Assembly: GCA_963713935.1 (NCBI GenBank)
Contig: OY970213.1
Coordinates: forward strand, 2,679-26,678
DNA: 24,000 nt
Direction of reading: 5' to 3'
Source: an uncultured Actinomycetota bacterium
Lineage (GTDB): Bacteria; Actinomycetota; Actinomycetes; Nanopelagicales; Nanopelagicaceae
The notes beneath the pieces are model-generated. The model had not been told where the DNA came from, did no database searches, and was given only the letters and a program-made list of their open reading frames with translations. The position numbers and the translations under genes are program-made. Shown here piece after piece: positions 17,877 to 24,000 of the stretch; position 1 is the stretch's first letter, and each line of letters starts with the position of its first letter.

Positions 17877-18752
17877 TTATTTGCCTGACTCTTTAAATGC
17901 TCGAGAAATGGTGCTGACGGTTCCAGATAACTCGGCAGGAATGACCCAAACTTTGCTTGAAGTTCCGTTTGCAATGACAGACAACTGTTCAAGATATTTG
18001 TATGCCAACACCTTGTCATCGGCATTGCCGTCGTGGATCGCCTTAAAGACTTTTGCGATAGCGGTCGCTTCACCGTCGGCACGAATGACAGCGGCCTGGG
18101 CTTCGCCCTCGGCACGCAAAATATCAGACGCTCTCGTACCTTCGGCTCTGAGAATCTGGCTCTGTTTCTCACCCTCCGCAGTAAGGATCGTTGCCCGCTT
18201 TTCACGATCGGCGCGCATCTGCTTCTCCATCGACTCCTGCACGCTCGGTGGTGGCTCGATCGCCTTAATCTCAACGCGGTTAACCCTTACTCCCCATTTG
18301 CCTGTCGCCTCATCCAGCACCTCGCGGAGTGCGGCGTTGATGTGGTCGCGCGAAGTCAACGCCTTCTCCAGATCCAAACCACCGACTGAGTTTCGAAGGG
18401 TGGTCACCACCAACTGCTCGATACCTTGTATGTAGTTCTCAATCTCGTAAGTGGCCGACTTCGCATTTGTAACCTGAAAATAAATCACGGTGTCAATATT
18501 TACGACCAAGTTATCTTCGGTAATGACCGGCTGAGGAGGGAATGAGACGACCTTCTCGCGGAGATCAACCAAGGGCCTAACACGATCGATACCTGGAATT
18601 ATTAAATTCAGCCCCGGAATCAGGGTGCGATGGTACTTACCGAGCCTTTCAACGATCCCGGCCCGAGCCTGCGGAATTATTTTGATTGCCGAGACAACTA
18701 TGGCGATCGCGATCACCAAGAGGACTATTAAGGCGATATTGGCGGCAGACAT
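17877..18752 (-). CDS. SPFH / band-7 (stomatin-prohibitin-like) membrane protein
   Basis: 291 aa with an N-terminal TM, an SPFH core (RAGIVERLGKYHRTLIPGLNLIIP...DTVIYFQV) and a C-terminal repetitive coiled coil (ILTAEGEKQSQILRAEGTRASDILRAEGEAQAAVIRADGEA). Confidence 0.92.
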   Translation of the reverse strand: MSAANIALIVLLVIAIAIVVSAIKIIPQARAGIVERLGKYHRTLIPGLNLIIPGIDRVRPLVDLREKVVSFPPQPVITEDNLVVNIDTVIYFQVTNAKSATYEIENYIQGIEQLVVTTLRNSVGGLDLEKALTSRDHINAALREVLDEATGKWGVRVNRVEIKAIEPPPSVQESMEKQMRADREKRATILTAEGEKQSQILRAEGTRASDILRAEGEAQAAVIRADGEATAIAKVFKAIHDGNADDKVLAYKYLEQLSVIANGTSSKVWVIPAELSGTVSTISRAFKESGK

Positions 18753-18762
18753 GAAACTCTCC

Positions 18763-19203
18763 TTATTTGTTTGTATTGGAAACTTTGGGAACTACGACTG
18801 CGACGGCACCGTCTATGCGGGAGACGAGTACCTCAGATCCGGCTGGAATCGAACCGGCATCGCAACGGGCCGTCCACGTCTCATTTCGAAGTCGGACAGT
18901 GCCCATAGTTGAGGACACATCAGTAAGCGTGATCGCTTCGTGATTGAGCAGAGCATCTATACCCGTCTTTCCTCCGCTTGATTTCCTGAAGAGGTATTTG
19001 CGAACGATTGGTCGAATTATCGCCAAGGACAAGACCGCAGTAAGTGCAAAACCAACCCATTGCACTGACGAACCGACCCATATTGCAGCACCCAGGGCAC
19101 CAACTAAAGCCGCGACGGCAAACGAAAAGAAGATCAAACTTAAAGTGAGTATTTCAAGAACGATGAATCCACCTGCGAGTGCAAGCCATATCCAATAGTG
19201 CAT
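18763..19203 (-). CDS. NfeD-family membrane protein (short form with C-terminal OB-like domain)
   Basis: I trimmed track ORF 18763..19308 to the ATG at 19203, which is preceded by AGGAGA. The 146-aa product is MHYWIWLALAGGFIVLEILT..., with C-terminal GTVRLRNETWTARCDAGSIPAGSEVLVSRIDGAVAVVVP. It forms the classical nfeD-SPFH gene pair (10-bp gap). Confidence 0.85.
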   Translation of the reverse strand: MHYWIWLALAGGFIVLEILTLSLIFFSFAVAALVGALGAAIWVGSSVQWVGFALTAVLSLAIIRPIVRKYLFRKSSGGKTGIDALLNHEAITLTDVSSTMGTVRLRNETWTARCDAGSIPAGSEVLVSRIDGAVAVVVPKVSNTNK

Positions 19204-19285
19204 CGGGCGTCTCCTAAGACTTGCGTCCAACGTACCACCGAAAGACCGCGAAGGGCAGAGCGCAATGCAACTATGCTTGGTCACA

Positions 19286-19495
19286 CTAATTCGGAAAGGG
19301 CTGCCCAAAAAAATGCCAGCCGACCCACCACCAGATCGCGAAAACCGCGATCCGATTGACGCGATTAATCATCATGTGCCGAAGCAATTGCCCAAAGGGC
19401 GCAATCCGGAGAGGACGCAAGCGTGAATACAACCACGTTGCCGCGCCAACAGATGCTAAAACGACATAGGACGACGCGAAGACTGCCGTACTCAT
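19286..19495 (-). CDS. Small membrane protein (69 aa) with a C-terminal WWWVGWHFF aromatic motif; uncharacterised
   Basis: I trimmed track ORF 19286..19540 to the ATG at 19495, which gives an ATGA overlap with the upstream gene. The product is MSTAVFASSYVVLASVGAATWLYSRLRPLRIAPFGQLLRHMMINRVNRIAVFAIWWWVGWHFFGQPFPN. It resembles, from memory only, a small actinobacterial DUF family with a WWW.GWHF end. Confidence 0.6.
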   Translation of the reverse strand: MSTAVFASSYVVLASVGAATWLYSRLRPLRIAPFGQLLRHMMINRVNRIAVFAIWWWVGWHFFGQPFPN

Positions 19496-20049
19496 TTCTT
19501 CACCGACACCCGAAAGAGTCCAGCACCGATAACCGCCCATAGAAGAACGAAAATGAACTTTCCTTCGTTGTGGGCTACAAGGGGATCGATTAATACTGTG
19601 ATTGTCGGATACACCTTGTCATTGTGGGTGGCGTCGGCCGCGAAATAGTTTCCCAGTTCGGCTAAACAAGTTACGACCCCGATTGTGAACCAAATCATGG
19701 AGGATCTTCTTATAGCTGGGGTCGATTCAGCTTCGGTTATCGAGTCGCTTCGCCACATGTTCATCAACACAATGGGAATGAGGGCAAGGTAGAAAATCGC
19801 GGAAAGGACAGAATGAATACCGACGATGGTGAAGATGAGGGCACAAAGAAGGAGAATGCCTAAAGATGTCGCGAGATTCGTTGCGCGTAAATTCGGAAGT
19901 TCGAATATTTCTTGCGAACCAACCAAAAGCAGTGAAGTAATACCTGCGAAGACCAGAGTGTCTATCTGTGAGCCTCTCCAAAACTGGAAAATCGTGCCGA
20001 TAAAGAAGGTGATAATCCAGAGAGTGGAATTGCGGAAATTCTTCCTCAT
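19492..20049 (-). CDS. Uncharacterised polytopic membrane protein (185 aa, about 5-6 TM)
   Basis: The ATG at 20049 directly abuts the ATPase stop codon (TAGATG). Hydrophobic segments run throughout, for example TLWIITFFIGTIFQF, LGILLLCALIFTIVGIHSVLSAIFYLALIPIVLM and FIFVLLWAVIGAGLF. I recognise no family. Confidence 0.65.
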   Translation of the reverse strand: MRKNFRNSTLWIITFFIGTIFQFWRGSQIDTLVFAGITSLLLVGSQEIFELPNLRATNLATSLGILLLCALIFTIVGIHSVLSAIFYLALIPIVLMNMWRSDSITEAESTPAIRRSSMIWFTIGVVTCLAELGNYFAADATHNDKVYPTITVLIDPLVAHNEGKFIFVLLWAVIGAGLFRVSVKK

Positions 20050-22494
20050 CTACTTCATCCAGTATTTCTTCGCAACTTCGTTCAGGACGATATAGATGCC
20101 AATTAAACCGAAAAGGATAATAAGTAAATTAATTGGAGGGCCTGCTAAACCAATCACTCGACCAAAACCTGTGAAGGGAATTGCGATCGTGATTACGGCC
20201 AAGACCAGACTTGACCAGAACAGCCCCTTACCTGGCTTGCTCCGCCAAAATCGTCGGTGAGTTCTCAGAACCATCATGACTGCTAATTCGGTCAGAGTGG
20301 ACTCGATGAACCAACCACTTCGAAAGAGAGTATCGGGGGCATGGAATCCACGCCTTAAGACAATGAATGTGACGATGTCGAATACTGAACTTAATAGTCC
20401 GAAATAGATCATGAATTTTCGAATTGCCTTTATGTCCCAAGCTCTCGGCTTGAGGATGTCCTCAGAGTCAACCTGGTCGCCAGAAATGGCAATGGCAGGA
20501 AAATCGGTCATGAAGTTCAGGAGCAGAATTTGCATTGGGAGCATTGGAAGAAATGGAAGGAATATGTCTGCTATCGCCATAGACACAACATTTCCAAATG
20601 CGGCGCTTACCCCCACCCTCACATATTTCATCGTGTTGACGAATGTTGTGCGACCAAGAGAAACGCCCTGTGCGATGACTCGGAGGTCTTTATCGAGAAG
20701 GACTATAGAAGCCGCGTTTTTTGCGACATCAACGGCCGTGTCAACGGAAATCCCCACATCGGCTGCGTGAAGCGCCGCCGCGTCATTTATTCCATCGCCG
20801 AAATAGCCAACCGTCGCTCCAGATGCTCTTACGGCAAAAATAATTCTTTCTTTCTGAATTGGATCTACCTCGGCAAAAACGCGACAGGTTTTAACTTTCT
20901 CGTTCAGAGCATCCTTATCTAAAGCAGAAATGTCGGCACCCACCAGGACGACATCGGATGGCAGCCCAACTTGAGACGCAATGGACTTTGCCGCAAAGCG
21001 GTTGTCACCAGTGATCATGTAGAGGTCGATCCCCAACGTTGCTAATTCTTCAATCGCCTCTTTAGCGTCAGGTTTGAGCGGATCGTGAAAGACCAGCAGC
21101 CCCTCAAGGACCATCTCCTTTTCGTCGTCAATGCCGACTTTCGTCTGCGTGGCCTCGGATTTTGTGGCGATTCCCAAAACACGATTTCCTTGGCTGCTGA
21201 TCTCCTGGAATCGATTCTGAAGTTCTGCCATCAACGGTGCCAATGGTTTGAGTTCGTTTCCAACGCGAACATTCAAACAAACACTCAGAATGCTCGCAAA
21301 AGCGCCTTTTGTAATCAACAAGGGCCCATCATCGTCAACGAGAACCGTTAAACGCCGTCTTTCAAAGTCATAGGGAATTTCGCCCAGAACCTTGGCTTCG
21401 GCGAATTTGGTGCCTACCGAACTCACGATCGCAGCATCCAAAGGATTGATAAAACCTTTTTGGGATTTCGCATTAAGGAAGGCAAGCTCGAGCACGCGCT
21501 CATTTACTTCCCCACTGGGGTCAAGTGCACCGTCAAGTCGGATCGCTCCTGCTGTGATTGTTCCTGTTTTATCAGTACACAACGCAGTCATGAGTCCGAA
21601 ATCTTCAATAGCGTCAAGACGCTTTACCAATACCTGCTTTTCCGCCATGCGCTTTGCCCCAGCAGCAAGAGATACTGAAATGATCACGGGGAGCAATTGC
21701 GGTGTGAGCCCAACTGCCAACGCAAGGGAGAAGAGCAGTGAATCGATAACCGGGCGATGTAAAACCATATTGACTATGAAAAGCGCAGAAACAAGGAAGA
21801 TCATGGCTTTGAGGAGCAACATTCCAAAGGCGGTCGTTCCCCGCTCGAATCCCGTTGTGACATCGCGTGAATTGAGAGATTGTGCGATTTCCCCGAATTC
21901 AGTATCGCGACCAGTCTTGACGACGATGCCTTGGCCTACTCCACTAACTACGTGGGTTCCAAAGAATAGTTCCGATCCCCTTTGCGCCAATGGCTTGGAT
22001 GTATCAATTTCCCCGACAGTCTTTTCTCTTGGAAAGGACTCACCCGTCATGGCTGATTCATCGACCATGAGCCCACTGGATTGAACCACGTGAAGATCAG
22101 CAGGAACCAAATCACCCGCGCGAAGGGCAACTAGATCGTCAACGACTACTTGTTCGATCGGAATCGCTATTTCTTTCCCGTTTCGGATTACCTCGACATG
22201 AATTTGAATCTGGTTGAGAAGTGATTCCATCGTCTTACTTGCACGATGCTCCTGCCAAAAACCAAGCAGCCCACTGGGGATAATGATCGCCAGAATAATG
22301 ATTCCGTCCGTAACTTCGCCCAAAAACATCGAAATGATGGTCGCAGCAAAGAGAATCAAGATTATGGGACTCTCGAACTGCCGCAAAAGCAACTTCCATG
22401 CCGAGTTGCGCGAATGAGAATCGAGTGCGTTGGGCCCATTCTTTTCTAGTCTGGCAGCGGCTTCCTCAGTAGAAAGACCAACTGGAGCCGTCAT
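20050..22494 (-). CDS. mgtA: Cation-translocating P-type ATPase, MgtA-like (P3B, Mg2+-transporter family) with an atypical TM4 motif
   Basis: 814 aa with TGES, CTDKTGTIT, MITGDN and GDGINDAAALHAADVGISV. The MgtA-like stretch is FLPFLPMLPMQILLLNFMTDF, and the C-terminal end is also MgtA-like. TM4 reads GLTPQLLP rather than the P-E-x-L motif usual for the family. Confidence 0.8.
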   Translation of the reverse strand: MTAPVGLSTEEAAARLEKNGPNALDSHSRNSAWKLLLRQFESPIILILFAATIISMFLGEVTDGIIILAIIIPSGLLGFWQEHRASKTMESLLNQIQIHVEVIRNGKEIAIPIEQVVVDDLVALRAGDLVPADLHVVQSSGLMVDESAMTGESFPREKTVGEIDTSKPLAQRGSELFFGTHVVSGVGQGIVVKTGRDTEFGEIAQSLNSRDVTTGFERGTTAFGMLLLKAMIFLVSALFIVNMVLHRPVIDSLLFSLALAVGLTPQLLPVIISVSLAAGAKRMAEKQVLVKRLDAIEDFGLMTALCTDKTGTITAGAIRLDGALDPSGEVNERVLELAFLNAKSQKGFINPLDAAIVSSVGTKFAEAKVLGEIPYDFERRRLTVLVDDDGPLLITKGAFASILSVCLNVRVGNELKPLAPLMAELQNRFQEISSQGNRVLGIATKSEATQTKVGIDDEKEMVLEGLLVFHDPLKPDAKEAIEELATLGIDLYMITGDNRFAAKSIASQVGLPSDVVLVGADISALDKDALNEKVKTCRVFAEVDPIQKERIIFAVRASGATVGYFGDGINDAAALHAADVGISVDTAVDVAKNAASIVLLDKDLRVIAQGVSLGRTTFVNTMKYVRVGVSAAFGNVVSMAIADIFLPFLPMLPMQILLLNFMTDFPAIAISGDQVDSEDILKPRAWDIKAIRKFMIYFGLLSSVFDIVTFIVLRRGFHAPDTLFRSGWFIESTLTELAVMMVLRTHRRFWRSKPGKGLFWSSLVLAVITIAIPFTGFGRVIGLAGPPINLLIILFGLIGIYIVLNEVAKKYWMK

Positions 22495-22591
22495 ATGTTG
22501 AGCGTACTCTCGCCACTTAACTAAACTCCGAGAGTGGGTGCCGAAATATCTGGCCCCAAGTCAGAGGCTCTCACTTTAGGAGGAACGACAC

Positions 22592-23320
22592 ATGACGGTT
22601 CGCAGAATTATGGCAACAAGTGGTGGTTTCGTAGCGCGCGATCGTTGGGACCTATTCAAGCCTGCCCCCACATTTCTGCGGATGCTGGAATTATCCAAGA
22701 AGGACAGGCCCCGCGTCTGCTTCGTACTTACGGCTAGCGGGGATAACGCGAGTTACATCGCCCGTTCCTATGAAGCGATGACCGACATCGGTTGCGACGT
22801 TACGCACCTCCAACTCTTTACTCAGCCCAACGCGCCTGTCAGGGAGCACATCCTGAGTTCGGATGTCATATGGGTGGGTGGCGGATCCGTCGCGAATCTT
22901 CTGGCGATTTGGAAGTTACATGAGGTCGACGTCGCCATGCGCGAAGCCTACGAAAACGGAGTGGTTCTTGGTGGAGTCAGCGCCGGCTCCATCTGCTGGC
23001 ATCAAGGCGGTTCCACCGATTCTTATGGACCTGACTTACGCGTAGTCACAAATGCCATGGGACTCTTGCCATACGGAAATGCGGTGCATTACAACTCTGA
23101 GGCCACGCGCAGACCGTTTACTCACGACCTTGTACAGAATGAAACCTTTGAAACTGTTTATGCAACCGACGATGGAGTCGGCATTCTGTATGAAGATGGA
23201 ATGCCAATCGAAGTCCTTGTAGACAAACCTTCCGATTCAGATGGCCCTTCGGCTTACCTAGTAGAAAAGGTCGGCGGAGCTGTAAAGGAAACTCGCTTAG
23301 ACGTCGGAATCCTCAAGTGA
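22592..23320 (+). CDS. Peptidase S51 (dipeptidase E / PepE-like) family protein
   Basis: 242 aa with a strong SD (TAGGAGGA). VIWVGGGSVANLL and GGVSAGSICW (nucleophile Ser context) are typical of the S51 / class-I glutamine-amidotransferase-like fold. Confidence 0.8.
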   Translation: MTVRRIMATSGGFVARDRWDLFKPAPTFLRMLELSKKDRPRVCFVLTASGDNASYIARSYEAMTDIGCDVTHLQLFTQPNAPVREHILSSDVIWVGGGSVANLLAIWKLHEVDVAMREAYENGVVLGGVSAGSICWHQGGSTDSYGPDLRVVTNAMGLLPYGNAVHYNSEATRRPFTHDLVQNETFETVYATDDGVGILYEDGMPIEVLVDKPSDSDGPSAYLVEKVGGAVKETRLDVGILK

Positions 23321-24000
23321 AATTCTTGGCAAGAATTTATCCATCCATGCCGGGAACCACCAGTTCGCTTTACCCCACCACTGCATAAGCGCAGGAACTA
23401 AGGCTGATCGAATCACGGAAGCATCGAAGAGCACGGCCGCGGCAAGTCCTACGCCAAACTCTTGAATGATGCGCTGGCCGCCGAAAACGAACGCGCCAAA
23501 TACCGCGAACATGATTGTTGCCGCTGAGGTGATGACTCCTCCGGTTGCCGCAAGACCTCGTCGAACTGCCGCGGAGTTGTCGTGGGATTTGAGCCACTCT
23601 TCCTGAATTCGTGAAACTAAAAACACTTCATAGTCCATCGAGAGCCCGAAGAGGATTGCGAAAAGCATGATGGGCAAGAACGCCTCAATTGGTCCAGCTT
23701 TAGCGCCGAGTATCGGTTCAGCCCAACCCCACTGGAATCCCGCAACGACAACACCAAATGCCGCACCAATCGAGAAGATATTCATAACTGCTGCTTTGAG
23801 TGGAATTAGCAGACTTCTGAACAAAATCATCAGCAGCAAGAAGCTCAAGAGCACGACTACTCCGATGAACACAGGCAACTTGCTTGAAAGCACACTTTCG
23901 AAATCTGCGAAGATTGCAACTATTCCACCGACGTAGACGTGAATTGGCGAATTCGCCATAACACTTGGGATGGTCGTTTTCCTAAGCCTCTTAATCAAAT
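23297..24000 (-). CDS. MMPL/RND-superfamily membrane transporter, C-terminal part (the 5' end lies beyond the window end)
   Basis: The ORF is open to the window edge, so the listed M at 23998 is not the true start. Sequence such as LLLMILFRSLLIPLKAAVMNIFSIGAAFGVV...LFGLSMDYEVFLVSRIQEE...TSAATIMFAVFGAF is characteristic of the second MMPL transmembrane bundle. Confidence 0.85.
   Translation of the reverse strand, partial: LIKRLRKTTIPSVMANSPIHVYVGGIVAIFADFESVLSSKLPVFIGVVVLLSFLLLMILFRSLLIPLKAAVMNIFSIGAAFGVVVAGFQWGWAEPILGAKAGPIEAFLPIMLFAILFGLSMDYEVFLVSRIQEEWLKSHDNSAAVRRGLAATGGVITSAATIMFAVFGAFVFGGQRIIQEFGVGLAAAVLFDASVIRSALVPALMQWWGKANWWFPAWMDKFLPRISLEDSDV

Noticed and set aside
17881-18435. 184-aa plus-strand ORF and 136-aa minus-strand alternate-frame ORF (17864..18274) inside the SPFH gene.
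   Set aside because: The SPFH reading frame is clearly the real one. The others are low-complexity shadows of the repetitive AEGE coiled-coil coding region.
17877-19203. The SPFH/NfeD pair as a candidate phage-defence or otherwise novel module.
   Set aside because: nfeD-SPFH is a ubiquitous housekeeping operon. There are no nuclease, ATPase, NTPase or other effector-type genes adjacent, and no mobile-element context.
19204-19308. The longer NfeD start (ATG 19308), giving 181 aa and overlapping the upstream 69-aa gene.
   Set aside because: The extra 35 residues are non-hydrophobic and not NfeD-like. ATG 19203 has an AGGAG SD and begins directly at the first TM helix.
21392-22084. 230-aa plus-strand ORF inside the P-type ATPase gene.
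   Set aside because: It is antisense to the region encoding the TGES and DKTGT motifs. The translation is Ser/Pro-rich with no domain features.
22495-22591. Possible Mg2+ riboswitch (M-box) or mgtL-like proline-rich leader peptide upstream of the MgtA-like gene.
   Set aside because: The spacer is only 97 bp and is shared with the divergent peptidase gene. That is too short for an M-box (about 160 nt or more). There is no plausible leader ORF, only a 7-bp stem (ACTCTCG/CGAGAGT).

Overview
This is a dense bacterial chromosomal segment with almost no spacers. It holds about 28 protein genes at roughly 50% GC by eye, with several GTG starts and many ATGA, TAATG or abutting stop/start junctions. 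Gene content (MMPL transporter, KdpF ending in PERF, an SQR/thioredoxin pair) suggests a streamlined actinobacterium, but that is inference only.

Left 9.4 kb: a small sulfur/redox module made of a trx-sqr operon facing a CPVC membrane protein and a DUF2892-like gene. It is followed by a secreted beta-propeller, nitronate-monooxygenase-family, CBS-pair, aldo/keto reductase, CopC and Old Yellow Enzyme genes, and an ABC-2 exporter pair.

Right 13 kb (22494 down to 9393): every gene is on the minus strand and nearly all products are membrane or ion-homeostasis proteins. In order they are an MgtA-like P-type ATPase, two coupled uncharacterised membrane proteins, NfeD, an SPFH/band-7 protein, a 27-aa ORF, kdpF, kdpA, kdpB, kdpC, kdpD, kdpE and a 2-TM sensor-like protein. 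A peptidase S51 gene and a partial MMPL gene close the window.

I saw no rRNA, tRNA, CRISPR array, transposase, integrase or phage genes. Nothing here is unambiguously a new system. The best leads are:
- the ATPase plus two unknown membrane proteins, joined at the stop/start level;
- a Glu-to-Gln change in the TM4 ion-site motif of that ATPase;
- an unannotated 27-aa membrane peptide, behind the strongest SD in the region, overlapping kdpF;
- a stand-alone sensor-like membrane protein after kdpDE;
- the SQR/Trx/CPVC/DUF2892 cluster.
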